DNA of 54,328 bases from an uncultured bacterium (lineage in GTDB: Bacteria; Spirochaetota; B62-G9; DRHN01). The notes below the pieces were generated by a model. It was not told the origin of the DNA and did no database searches. It saw only the letters and a list, made by a program, of their open reading frames with translations. The stretch is taken from contig CBFDDP010000005.1 of the NCBI GenBank assembly GCA_965603595.1, positions 1-54,328 of the forward strand, in the 5' to 3' direction. Shown one piece after another: positions 27,573 to 37,242 of this stretch. The number at the start of each line of letters is the position of its first letter. Position 1 is the stretch's first letter. The position numbers were made by a program, and so were the translations under genes.

Positions 27573-29258
27573 GTGACAGGTATGGATGACAGGGATGGCA
27601 TCATCGTCGATGTGGCAGGCTACGGTAAGACCTCAGTCAGACAGGGGACGAGTCTCATTGAGCTCAAGGAGCAGATTGGGCAGGAGGAGAGTCCGCATGC
27701 ACCTGTGGTCGGCGCCCTGTACAACAATCGTGTTCTGGGACTTGAATACAGGATACGCCGTGATTGCACAATACGTTTTCTCACCACAGACATAGAGGAA
27801 GGGGCCGACATATACCGGCGGAGCCTCTCGGCGCTTCTCCATACCGCCTTCATTCAGGTTGAGCACGTTGGAGCAACACTCAAGATAGAACATTCACTGG
27901 GAAATGGATTCTACTATACCTATCTCAACGGTGGTGACCTCACCGCAAGAAAGGTGAAGCTTATTGAGGAGAAGATGCGTAAGCTGGTCGCACAGGACCT
28001 CCCCTTTGAGAAACGTGAGGTGGAAGTTGAGGAAGCGCTCGATATTTTCTATGAAATCGGGGCCTGGGACCGTTACTATTTGCTTCGCTATTTGGGCAGG
28101 CCAAAGGCAATGCTGTACAGGATAGGGGAGCTGTACAATCTCGCACAGGGACCTCTCGTGCCAAGCACTGCCTATCTCAAGCTCTTCTCACTGATGCACT
28201 ACCCACCGGGACTCATATTAAGCTTCCCGCAGCCCGGCACCCGTGAAAAGGAGCCCCGCTTTAAGGAGCAGAAGAAACTGTTTCAGATCTATTCCGAACA
28301 GAGGGAGTGGGGTAATATACTCAATGTGGAATCAACAGGGAAACTCAACCGCTTCATAATCAAAAAACAGATCAGTAATCTCATCTGGCTCTCTGAAGGG
28401 CTTCACGAGAAAAAGATAGCCAACATCGCCGATATCATTGCGAAGAACGCACCCAGACGCAGGGTTATTTTCCTTGCAGGTCCATCGTCATCCGGGAAAA
28501 CCACCTTTGCCAAACGCCTTACCATTCAACTCCTCGCAAACGGCATTTCGCCCGAGGTGGTCTCTCTGGACGACTACTACCTGCCCAGGGAGCAGATGCC
28601 CAGAAGAGAGGATGGAAAAACCGACCATGACAGCCTTCATGCCCTTGACCTGGACCTCATTCGCACCCACCTGAACGACCTGCTCGACGGTAAAGTTATC
28701 GATATCCCCACATACGATTTCAAAACGGGCTTTCGAGAGATGAGCGGCAATCAGCTGAGGCTCGGGAAGGGCCAGATCATTATCGTAGAGGGCATACACG
28801 GCATGAACCCCGCCCTCACCGAAGAGGTATCAAAGGATGAGCCCTTCAAGATATACATCAGTGCCCTGACGCAGCTCAACCTCGATGTGATCAACCGTAT
28901 CCCCACGTCAACGGTACGCCTCATTCGCCGAATCGTCCGTGACTGCTATTTCCGCTACCGTTCTGCACGGGAGACTATCGCGAAGTGGCCCCTCGTGAGG
29001 CAGGGTGAGGAGAAAAACATATTCCCTTTTCAGGAGGAGGCGGACGTGATGTTCAATTCATCACTGGTGTACGAGATGTCCGTTCTCAAGGGGTATGTTG
29101 AGCCGCTGCTCCTGGATATCGACGAGGACGACCCGGCCTACACCCAAGCACGACTGCTGCTGCACTTCACCTCGAACTTTCTCTTCATAACACCTGAAAA
29201 CGTGCCCCTCACATCCATACTGCGTGAGTTCATCGGCGGAAGCGGGTTCCACTACTGA
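27573..29258 (+). CDS. Nucleoside (uridine) kinase with ThrRS-like N-terminal (TGS/SAD) region
   Basis: YRRSL, HSLGNGFY, AGPSSSGKTT, SLDDYY, EGIHG, RRIVRD, REFIGGS. Confidence 0.88.
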   Translation: MTGMDDRDGIIVDVAGYGKTSVRQGTSLIELKEQIGQEESPHAPVVGALYNNRVLGLEYRIRRDCTIRFLTTDIEEGADIYRRSLSALLHTAFIQVEHVGATLKIEHSLGNGFYYTYLNGGDLTARKVKLIEEKMRKLVAQDLPFEKREVEVEEALDIFYEIGAWDRYYLLRYLGRPKAMLYRIGELYNLAQGPLVPSTAYLKLFSLMHYPPGLILSFPQPGTREKEPRFKEQKKLFQIYSEQREWGNILNVESTGKLNRFIIKKQISNLIWLSEGLHEKKIANIADIIAKNAPRRRVIFLAGPSSSGKTTFAKRLTIQLLANGISPEVVSLDDYYLPREQMPRREDGKTDHDSLHALDLDLIRTHLNDLLDGKVIDIPTYDFKTGFREMSGNQLRLGKGQIIIVEGIHGMNPALTEEVSKDEPFKIYISALTQLNLDVINRIPTSTVRLIRRIVRDCYFRYRSARETIAKWPLVRQGEEKNIFPFQEEADVMFNSSLVYEMSVLKGYVEPLLLDIDEDDPAYTQARLLLHFTSNFLFITPENVPLTSILREFIGGSGFHY

Positions 29259-29269
29259 GCCTGTTCACT

Positions 29270-30400
29270 CTATCCCGACAGGGGAATACTGACCACATTC
29301 TCGGTGGTGAGCTTGAAGTGCGCGTAGTCCAGTTTTGCCGGAATGTCTATCCCGTAGGGACAGCGGGGATTGCATTCACCGCAATTCGTGCATCGGTCTG
29401 CCTGTGTGCCGAGCTCCCCGTAGGCTCCCCGCGCCTCTTCCATGTTCTCGAACCAGAAACGCACGCGGTCTCTGAGAGCAAAATCGGCAGTCGACCGAAT
29501 GACCCGGTCTCGAAGCTGACGATCATACCAGCCTTCATAGAGGAAGATCTTCGGCATGTCTAGGCCCTCGGGACAGGGAAGGCAGTCGCCGCACTGCCTG
29601 CACACATAGTTGCCGAGGAGAGGGTTGTTCCTGAAAAGTGAGTCGCGCTCATCTTCGCTGAGGGGGGTGAAATCCCGTGCGATGCGGAGGTCTGTCCGGA
29701 GCATCTCCATGGTATTGAAACCGAGGGGGAGTACATCAATGGGTAATGAGAGCACATAGCGCAGTGCCTCCTCGGGATACTCCCACAGCAAACCGTCGCC
29801 CAGAGCCTTCATGCCCACTATGCCCGTGCCGCGCTCCTTTGCAAGGGGGATGAGCGTCTCCTCTGTCTGCGGGAAGTTGAACCGGTCATAAAAATTAAAA
29901 CCGGTCATCACCGCATCAAAGGGATACTCCTTCAGGGCACGGATGAGTACGTCGGGGATACCGTGGGAGGTGACACCGATATACCTGGCCTTTCCCGCCT
30001 CCCGTGCCCGCTCAAAAGCCTCGACCGCGCCTCCAGGTCCCAGGATCTGTTCAAGCTCTTCTTCAGAGGCCACGTAATGGGCGAGCAGCAGGTCTACATG
30101 GTCGGTCTGAAGCCGTGCAAGACTCTCATCTATGCAGCGCAGGGCAGCATCAGCATCCCTGAAACGGCACTTTGTGGCGAGGAAGCAGTCGCTCCTTCTC
30201 GACCTCATGAGAAGGCCAACCTTCCGCTCGGATTCTCCTGCCCCGTACTGAGCTGCAGTCTCGATGTAATTTCCGCCCTCATCGAGAAAGGCGTTCATGA
30301 TACGCAACGCATCACTGTCTGAAATTTCGAGCAGGTGAAATCCCCCCACGCCAATGGGAAAGAGTTTTTCACCCGTTTTGCCAAACGCACGCCTCTCCAT
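29270..30400 (-). CDS. Aldo/keto reductase with C-terminal 4Fe-4S dicluster
   Basis: R.FGKTG, ETAAQYG.GESE, LATK, SL.RLQTD.VD; CRQCGDCLPCP and CTNCGECNPRCP. Confidence 0.92.
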   Translation of the reverse strand: MERRAFGKTGEKLFPIGVGGFHLLEISDSDALRIMNAFLDEGGNYIETAAQYGAGESERKVGLLMRSRRSDCFLATKCRFRDADAALRCIDESLARLQTDHVDLLLAHYVASEEELEQILGPGGAVEAFERAREAGKARYIGVTSHGIPDVLIRALKEYPFDAVMTGFNFYDRFNFPQTEETLIPLAKERGTGIVGMKALGDGLLWEYPEEALRYVLSLPIDVLPLGFNTMEMLRTDLRIARDFTPLSEDERDSLFRNNPLLGNYVCRQCGDCLPCPEGLDMPKIFLYEGWYDRQLRDRVIRSTADFALRDRVRFWFENMEEARGAYGELGTQADRCTNCGECNPRCPYGIDIPAKLDYAHFKLTTENVVSIPLSG

Positions 30401-30416
30401 GCCGTACCTCCCTATT

Positions 30417-30932
30417 TTACCGCGCCCTGTTCCTGCTTCTCCACAGATAGGGGTTTTCAAAGGGCAGCTCAGGATGCAACTTCGCCGCTTCCAGTATCAT
30501 CTCCGCAATCTCCGGAAAACCATTGTCACCGTACACAGACACCGTCTCATAGCCGAGTCCTGCCTCAACGATTTTTACCGAAAGGGGATAGCCGTCAACA
30601 AACAGGTGCACGAGGAGCCGTTCGTAGCGGTCGGTGCCGTCCTGTATATAGGTGACTCTCCCTGCCTGCCTGATCTGCCGGCGGGTAAACTCCTTGGCTT
30701 CATTACCGTATGGCTGTTCCACCCAGAATCCAAGTTCTGGGTTCCGCACCTCCGGAGTGTCAACAGCCAGAAAACGCATGTGCCTGCCCCGATATATGAC
30801 CGTATCCCCATCCTCGATTTCGAGGAAGAGCCGGAAAACCCTGCGCTCCCCTGCATGCTCATCGGCAGTGCACAGATAAGAGGTGCCGATCGTCAGCAGG
30901 ATGAGGGACAGATAGGCGACAAGTACCCTCAT
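30417..30932 (-). CDS. Thermonuclease (SNase-family), exported
   Basis: Signal peptide; DGDT, RFLAVDTPE, DRYERLL. Confidence 0.88.
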   Translation of the reverse strand: MRVLVAYLSLILLTIGTSYLCTADEHAGERRVFRLFLEIEDGDTVIYRGRHMRFLAVDTPEVRNPELGFWVEQPYGNEAKEFTRRQIRQAGRVTYIQDGTDRYERLLVHLFVDGYPLSVKIVEAGLGYETVSVYGDNGFPEIAEMILEAAKLHPELPFENPYLWRSRNRAR

Positions 30933-30965
30933 AACCTTCCCTTTTTTACCGAAAATAAGAGTGAG

Positions 30966-30988
30966 ACCTGTCTGCCTGGCAGACAGGT
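30966..30988. repeat. Perfect 23-bp palindrome in a divergent promoter region
   Basis: ACCTGTCTGCC-T-GGCAGACAGGT, just upstream of an extended -10 TGCTATACT (30994-31002). Confidence 0.75.
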
Positions 30989-31026
30989 ATGCATGCTATA
31001 CTAACACGGTCAGAGGGGTGTCTTCA

Positions 31027-32061
31027 ATGTCTAAGTTTTTGGTCTATGTGGCGGAAAAGAGTTACAGGGACTACTCCATGGAACGGCATATCGTGGAGGG
31101 TGCCGGAGGAGAGCTCAGGTTTGCGCAATGCTGCAGCGAAAGGGATATTGTGGAGCAGTGCGCCGATGCGCATGCACTGCTGCTGCGCCAGACCCCGGTG
31201 GGCAAGCTGGTTTTCCGTCACCTCAGACACTTGAAGGTAATCGCACGATACGGTGTTGGATACGACAACGTGGACGTGGCGGCCGCAACCCGATCGGGAG
31301 TGCTCGTGACCATCATTCCCGACTACTGCATCGCCGAAGTAGCGGACCATGCCATAGCACTGCTCCTCGCAAGCATACGGCACATACCGATCAGAGACCG
31401 TCTGGTACGAAACGGGGCCTGGGACCTGACCTATCACCGCCCGGTTCACCGGACTCAGAACCGCATATTCGGGCTCGTTGGATACGGCAAGACCGCCCGT
31501 GAAGTTCGCAAACGGTTGAGCGGCTTTCCCTTCCGCTTCGTTGCATGCGACCCCTATGTGCAGGACAGCCTGTTCACTGAAGACGTTACGAAGAGGCTCG
31601 ATTTCGCACGGCTGGTGCTCGTTTCCCACTATCTCTCGGTGCACGTGCCGCTCAACAGCGAGACCCGGCATCTGTTCAACCTGCCCGTGTTCAGGCGCAT
31701 GCGCAGGAGTGCAATACTTGTGAACACCTCCCGGGGGCCCATTGTTGACAACAGGGCACTGGCGACGGCACTGAAAAAGGGGTATATTGCGGGGGCGGCC
31801 CTTGACGTCCTCGAGGAAGAGCCGCTTAACTGGGCCAACCCGCTTCGCCATATCGACAGAATCATACTGTCCGATCATGCCGCATGGTACTCCGAGGAAT
31901 CTCAGCAGGAGTTACAGCAAAGGACGGCCCGGGAAGCGGTCCGGGTTCTGTGCGGAGAGGCTCCCTTCAACCCGGTCAACCCGGAAGTGCTGCATCAACG
32001 CATTCTCTCCATGAAAGGGGAGAGCTGCGACGAAGAACTCCTGTCCAAACTGAGCAACTGA
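31027..32061 (+). CDS. D-isomer-specific 2-hydroxyacid dehydrogenase (CtBP-like)
   Basis: RYGVGYDNVD, PDYC..EVADHA, GLVGYG, VNTSRG, AALDV.EEEP, HAAWYS. Confidence 0.92.
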   Translation: MSKFLVYVAEKSYRDYSMERHIVEGAGGELRFAQCCSERDIVEQCADAHALLLRQTPVGKLVFRHLRHLKVIARYGVGYDNVDVAAATRSGVLVTIIPDYCIAEVADHAIALLLASIRHIPIRDRLVRNGAWDLTYHRPVHRTQNRIFGLVGYGKTAREVRKRLSGFPFRFVACDPYVQDSLFTEDVTKRLDFARLVLVSHYLSVHVPLNSETRHLFNLPVFRRMRRSAILVNTSRGPIVDNRALATALKKGYIAGAALDVLEEEPLNWANPLRHIDRIILSDHAAWYSEESQQELQQRTAREAVRVLCGEAPFNPVNPEVLHQRILSMKGESCDEELLSKLSN

Positions 32062-32290
32062 GTTGAGATCCCATTCACCCAGTTCCTCCCTCTGTACACA
32101 GGGGGTATGCAGTCCTGCACATCAAAATAATACAGGTCTTCCTCAAGGGGGGACAGGTCCATTTTCATGACGAGGGCTACCAGTGCCCATTATCAAACCA
32201 TTACCCGCAGGTTTCGCAACCATTGGTTGCCCCGAGGACCTGTTAAGCACTACTATTCCTGTACACTCCTTTAAGGTGTTCGATAACTCT

Positions 32291-32977
32291 ATGAACGGTA
32301 TAATCCTCTTTGACATCGACAACACCCTGCTGAAGAGTTCGAAGAGCCACCGCCAGGCATTCCATGAGGGTTTTTCAAGGGTTTTCGGCATTCGGGGAGA
32401 CGTGGAAGCCATCAATCCCCACGGGAAGACAGACCGGCAGATTACAACCGATGTCCTCAGGCGAAGCGGTGTTGACGAAGAGACCATCAGAAACGGGTTG
32501 GACGATTGTATGGGCGTCATCGCAGATGCCTTTGCGGAACTGGTGGAACATGAACAGCTCACCGTGCTCGAGGGTGTGTTCGAACTGCTCGAACTGCTGG
32601 AAGCACGCCCACTGCTGCTCGGCCTCGTCACGGGGAACCTGGAGTCCATCGCCTGGGAGAAGCTGCGAAGAACAGGGCTGAAGGGTTATTTTTCTTTTGG
32701 AGGATTCGGAAGCGACGACAGCATACGGTCAAGACTCGTAACCATTGCCCTTGAGCGGGCCCGTACCCGCAATGCAGAAGCAGCTTCGAAACCTGTCTAC
32801 CTTATCGGTGACACCCCGCGGGACATAGAGGCAGGAAAGGCGGCGGGCGTGCATACGGTGGGAGTGGCAACAGGGATATATTCCCAGGAGGAGCTGTACC
32901 GCCACAAGCCAGACACTGTCCTGCCGAGCCTCAGGCCATCGGAAGGATTCGGAGACATCATCGATCAACTCTCGTAA
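32291..32977 (+). CDS. HAD-family hydrolase (phosphoglycolate phosphatase-like)
   Basis: LFDIDNTL, GKTD, VTGN, GGFGSD, IGDTPRD. Confidence 0.9.
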   Translation: MNGIILFDIDNTLLKSSKSHRQAFHEGFSRVFGIRGDVEAINPHGKTDRQITTDVLRRSGVDEETIRNGLDDCMGVIADAFAELVEHEQLTVLEGVFELLELLEARPLLLGLVTGNLESIAWEKLRRTGLKGYFSFGGFGSDDSIRSRLVTIALERARTRNAEAASKPVYLIGDTPRDIEAGKAAGVHTVGVATGIYSQEELYRHKPDTVLPSLRPSEGFGDIIDQLS

Positions 32978-32995
32978 TGAAAGGGTACTGCACCA

Positions 32996-33685
32996 TTGAC
33001 CAAGGATCAACCGCACATAGACCGCATCATTCGATCCAGGCGAAAGTCTTTCACCATCCAGATCGACGAGGCAGGAAAACTCATTGTACGGGCACCGAGG
33101 AATGCCACAGACAGAACCATTTACGAAATTGTTGCGAAGAAGAGGACCTGGATAGAGAAAAAACTTCATACAGCCCGCGAGCGTAGCAGAAGGATGCAGA
33201 ACCGTAGCTTCAAGGAAGGGGACCGGTACCTCTACCTTGGTGAGTGGTTCCCCTTATCAATAGACCGCATTCCCACGAAGGGGATTCACTTTCAGCTTGA
33301 GGGAGGGCGGTTTCAGCTCGATGTGAATAAAAGGCATCGGGCCCGTGATCTTATGATCGAATGGTACCGCATCCAGGCAAAACAGGTCCTCACGGAACAG
33401 GCGGCCCGCTATGCATGTTCGACCGGCTTCTCCTATAAGAAGATCAACATCACGGGAGCACAGAAACGCTGGGGGTCATGCAGCAGTTCTGGAAACCTCA
33501 ATTTCAGCTGGAGGCTTGTCATGGCGCCTGTAGAGGTGATTGAATATGTAGTTGTCCACGAGCTCGTGCATCTCAGGGAACAAAATCACTCACCCCGTTT
33601 CTGGAAACTGGTTTCAGAGGTCCTGCCCGAATACGGGAACCGCAGGAGTTGGCTCAACGAGAAAGGGTATCTCTTGAATCTCTGA
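32996..33685 (+). CDS. YgjP/DUF45 (M48/SprT-like) zinc metallohydrolase
   Basis: RSRRK...I, VRAP, RWGSCS, YVVVHELVH, NHS.RFW. Confidence 0.9.
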   Translation: MTKDQPHIDRIIRSRRKSFTIQIDEAGKLIVRAPRNATDRTIYEIVAKKRTWIEKKLHTARERSRRMQNRSFKEGDRYLYLGEWFPLSIDRIPTKGIHFQLEGGRFQLDVNKRHRARDLMIEWYRIQAKQVLTEQAARYACSTGFSYKKINITGAQKRWGSCSSSGNLNFSWRLVMAPVEVIEYVVVHELVHLREQNHSPRFWKLVSEVLPEYGNRRSWLNEKGYLLNL

Positions 33686-33701
33686 TCGGGCAACATTTTT
33701 T

Positions 33702-33730
33702 TTGACTTTGGCTATCTTAGTGTTTATCGT
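33702..33730 (+). promoter_or_regulatory. Putative sigma70 promoter of fabF
   Basis: TTGACT-17 nt-TATCGT. Confidence 0.5.
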
Positions 33731-33779
33731 ACATGGGACACCCTGTCAAAGGGCGCTCAACGAGCAGGGGCGGTTGATC

Positions 33780-35117
33780 ATGAAAAGAGTGGTTGTTACC
33801 GGTCTAGGGCCAGTCTCATCAATTGGCATAGGAAAAGAGACGTTCTGGGAAAATGCGAGGCAGGGCAGGGGCTATTTCCGGAATGTTGACTTCGATGACG
33901 TGGACATGGAGCAGTACCGGAGCAGGATAGTCTCTCCCATCGATAGCTTCGGCCCTGAGGAATACGTGAGCAGGGGAAGGAAGCTCAAGCGTTGCGCAAG
34001 GGCTACCCAGTACATGATCACGGGAACCTTTCTCGCACTGCAGGATGCCGGTATCTCCATCAAAGAGGCACCGGAGAAGAGCAAGATCGACCCCTGTCCC
34101 TACCCTGTTGAGGGTGTCGACCCCACGCGCTGCGGTGTTATAATCGGTCAATCTGTCAGCAACTCCGACATCATGGTCACCCGACACAGCGGATTCATCA
34201 GGAACAGGGGCCCTATGAGAATGACTCCGTCCACGCTTCCCCAGGCCAACATCAATGTTAGCGCAACAACCGCCGCCGAGTGGTTCTGTCTGCGCGGCAT
34301 CAATTTGACCATTGCCACGGCCTGTTCTTCGGCAAGCCATGCAATCGGCATGGCCGCAATGAATATTCAGAACGGGCTCGAGGACATCGTTGTGACGGGT
34401 GGTACGGAAGGAACCTATGAATCGTACCTGTTGGGTGGATTCGACGTTATGCGAGCGCTGAGCACCAGAAATGATGACCCGATGACAGCATCGAGGCCCT
34501 TTGACCGGGGCCGTGACGGTTTCGTTCTTGGAGAGGGTGCCGGGATACTTGTGCTCGAGGAGCTAAACCATGCCTTGAAACGAGGGGCCCGGATCTACGC
34601 GGAACTCGCAGGCTACGGCTATACCACTGATGCCTATAACATCGTCGCACCCGACCCGCTCGGGAGATCGTCGATCGAGGCAGTACGCAGGGCCCTTTCA
34701 ATGGCGAAAACCTCACCTGAAGAAGTGGAGTACATAAACGCCCACGGCACGTCGACAGTGCTCAATGACCCGAACGAATCCTACATCATCAAGCAGGTGT
34801 TTGGAGATTACGCATACAAAATCCCCATAAGCTCTTCCAAGTCCCTGTGCGGCCACAGTCTGGGTGCTGCAGCGGGAATCGAGTCCATCATCACCGTGCT
34901 CACCGTCATGCATGATACCATAACACCCACCATAAACCTCGATGACCCGGACGTGGATTACAGCGACCCCAATTTTCCCGATCTGGACAAGCGGTGCGAC
35001 CTGGACTATGTGCCGAAAAAGATGAGAGAACAGCAGGTCAATATTGCCCTCAATGAATCCTTCGGATTCGGCGGACAGAACGGCGTGCTCGTGTTCAGGA
35101 AATTCGATCAGCAATAG
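33780..35117 (+). CDS. fabF: Beta-ketoacyl-ACP synthase II
   Basis: RVVVTGLG, TACSS (Cys), SRPFD..RDGFVLGEGAG, NAHGTST, GHSLGAA, SFGFGGQN. Confidence 0.88.
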   Translation: MKRVVVTGLGPVSSIGIGKETFWENARQGRGYFRNVDFDDVDMEQYRSRIVSPIDSFGPEEYVSRGRKLKRCARATQYMITGTFLALQDAGISIKEAPEKSKIDPCPYPVEGVDPTRCGVIIGQSVSNSDIMVTRHSGFIRNRGPMRMTPSTLPQANINVSATTAAEWFCLRGINLTIATACSSASHAIGMAAMNIQNGLEDIVVTGGTEGTYESYLLGGFDVMRALSTRNDDPMTASRPFDRGRDGFVLGEGAGILVLEELNHALKRGARIYAELAGYGYTTDAYNIVAPDPLGRSSIEAVRRALSMAKTSPEEVEYINAHGTSTVLNDPNESYIIKQVFGDYAYKIPISSSKSLCGHSLGAAAGIESIITVLTVMHDTITPTINLDDPDVDYSDPNFPDLDKRCDLDYVPKKMREQQVNIALNESFGFGGQNGVLVFRKFDQQ

Positions 35118-35155
35118 GGCGAACGCCCTTCGCCAACACTATGCTCATTTAAACC
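35115..35155 (+). repeat. Dispersed hairpin repeat, family B, copy 2
   Basis: TAGGGCGAACGCCCTTCGCCAACACTATGCTCATTTAAACC; starts at the fabF stop codon. Confidence 0.85.
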
Positions 35156-35167
35156 ACATGAGGGCTG

Positions 35168-36166
35168 CTACACCTTCATAGCATCCTCGCAGACAGCGCG
35201 TACAAGATCGATAGTGGCCTGCACGTCATCGAGCGCACACATCTCACCGGACGAGTGAATATAACGTGTGGGAATCGATATCCCTCCGGCGAGAGCGCCA
35301 CCCCTGCTCAGCTGCATGGCCTGGGCGTCCGTTCCCCCCTGTCTGACGACATCATGCTGATAGGGTATGCGTCTCTTCTCGGCAAGGCCAACCAGGTGTC
35401 GGGCGAGCTTTCTCGGCACGATAACGCTCTGATCCATGAACTTCACCGCCGTTCCCCTCCCGAGCGCAGAGGAGCCGATTCGGTCTCCCTCGGGAAGGTC
35501 CGATGAGAAGGTGACATCCACGGCAATGCCGATATGGGGTTTCAGGCGGTACGCAGTGGTTGTCGCTCCTCTGAGACCCACCTCCTCCTGGGCAGAGAAG
35601 ACAAAATACAGCTCGTTGGGGTTGTCCTTCAGGTTCTCAATCACCTCGAGCAGCACAAGACAGCCTATACGGTCGTCCATCCAGCCGCCTGTAATGATAC
35701 GGTCGGTGACCACGTAGGGCGCATATATTGTGCACATATCACCGACCATCACCTGCGAGGAAGCCTCCTTCATGTTCCGCGCTCCTATATCGATGAACAT
35801 CCGGTCCTTTCGGGGGCTCTTCCCCTTCTCCAGTTTCTCCACACCGATGACACCGATCTGCCCTTCTTCGAACACAACCCGTCTTCCGGGAAGATAGGCC
35901 TCAACCTGCCCGCCGACTTCAGAGAACCTCAAGAAACCCTTTTCATCAATATGGGTGATCACGAACCCTATGGTATCCATGTGCGCAGAGATCATAATCC
36001 TCTGAGGCCCTTTCCCCTTTTTCCTGCATATGAGGGAACCGGTGGTATCGAGAAAAATCTCATCGGTGAACGGGCTGACGAACCCTTCGATCTCATCCCG
36101 GACGATCTCCTCCCTGCCTGATACACCAAAGGCTGTAAAAATGAACTCCTTGTTCTCAACGTTCAT
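35168..36166 (-). CDS. M42-family (TET) aminopeptidase
   Basis: AHMDT, DDRIG, QEEVGLRGA, AVDVT, GGTDA, RYIH. Confidence 0.92.
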   Translation of the reverse strand: MNVENKEFIFTAFGVSGREEIVRDEIEGFVSPFTDEIFLDTTGSLICRKKGKGPQRIMISAHMDTIGFVITHIDEKGFLRFSEVGGQVEAYLPGRRVVFEEGQIGVIGVEKLEKGKSPRKDRMFIDIGARNMKEASSQVMVGDMCTIYAPYVVTDRIITGGWMDDRIGCLVLLEVIENLKDNPNELYFVFSAQEEVGLRGATTTAYRLKPHIGIAVDVTFSSDLPEGDRIGSSALGRGTAVKFMDQSVIVPRKLARHLVGLAEKRRIPYQHDVVRQGGTDAQAMQLSRGGALAGGISIPTRYIHSSGEMCALDDVQATIDLVRAVCEDAMKV

Positions 36167-36195
36167 GTCAAAACTCCAGTCAATCCAGGATGATT

Positions 36196-37242
36196 CTATA
36201 CCTTGAAACGATGGGCCTCTTCGACAACAGCGGCGGCCAGACGTATGTAATTATCAAAGTCTTTTCTGGAAAGTATCCCCCAGGGAGCATGAATGTACCG
36301 CACGGGCACCGCAATCGTCACGGAGGGAATGCCCTCCCCGGTGAGATGAATCCTTCCTCCGTCGGTGCCGCCGGTGACTGTCCGTTTCAGCTGACAGGGT
36401 ATGGAGCGTTCACGGGCAAGTCGGAGCACCCAGTCGAGGAGCTTGCGATTTGTAATTATGGTCCTGTCCATGACGGTGACTGCAGGGCCCCCACCGAGTT
36501 CTGTAGAAGGTGAGTATGTCTTTTTCACTTCCCGGTCAGAGCAGGTGGTTCCCTCGAGATTGAGGTTGAACAATACTCCCTCTCGGCCAAAGGCAGCTGT
36601 GGAAGCCCCCCTGAGACCCACCTCCTCCTGTGCCGTGTACACCGCCGTTATGGAGGCCCCCGGTTTCTCATACCTGTGCTTCCTCAAAAGTGTGGTAACA
36701 GCCGCACATCCTGCCCGGTCATCAAAGGCCTTACCGAAACAGAGGCCGCCCTGGGCCAGGAAGGCGGAACGGAAGTATACGTACTCACCCGCCTCCACAT
36801 CCTTTACCTCTTCCTTGCTGGCGACACCAACATCGATGAAGAGCTCCTTGATATCGGGTACCTTGTCCCTCTCCTGCGGCTGTACAAGGTGGACTGCCCT
36901 GGTGCCGATGACACCGGGAATCTTCTTCCTACCCAGGACAACCGAGGTTCCCGGCAGAATCTTCGGTACCACGCCGCCAACAGGATAGAAACGTATGGTA
37001 CCGTTCTTCTCTATGGATTTCACCATAAAGGCCACCTCATCCATGTGTGCGGTGAGAAGAAGGGTTTTGCGGCGGGTCTTTCCCCCCTTCACCGCGGTCA
37101 GGTTCCCCAGTGGATTCACAGACACATCATCGACGCTGTCCCCGATATCACGCCTGATGCGCTCCCTCATTGCTGACTCGTCACCTGCCGCAGCGCACAG
37201 GTCGCTGTAGTTCTTAAGATACTGTAGTGACCTGCCCATCAT
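36196..37242 (-). CDS. M42-family (TET) aminopeptidase
   Basis: AHMDE, KAFDDRAG, QEEVGLRGA, LEGT, GGTDG, RYIH. Confidence 0.92.
   Translation of the reverse strand: MMGRSLQYLKNYSDLCAAAGDESAMRERIRRDIGDSVDDVSVNPLGNLTAVKGGKTRRKTLLLTAHMDEVAFMVKSIEKNGTIRFYPVGGVVPKILPGTSVVLGRKKIPGVIGTRAVHLVQPQERDKVPDIKELFIDVGVASKEEVKDVEAGEYVYFRSAFLAQGGLCFGKAFDDRAGCAAVTTLLRKHRYEKPGASITAVYTAQEEVGLRGASTAAFGREGVLFNLNLEGTTCSDREVKKTYSPSTELGGGPAVTVMDRTIITNRKLLDWVLRLARERSIPCQLKRTVTGGTDGGRIHLTGEGIPSVTIAVPVRYIHAPWGILSRKDFDNYIRLAAAVVEEAHRFKV

Noticed and set aside
32062-32190. Minus-strand peptide DLYYFDVQDCIPPVYRGRNW, faintly GNAT-like
   Set aside because: Too short and weak to call a pseudogene without a BLASTX search.
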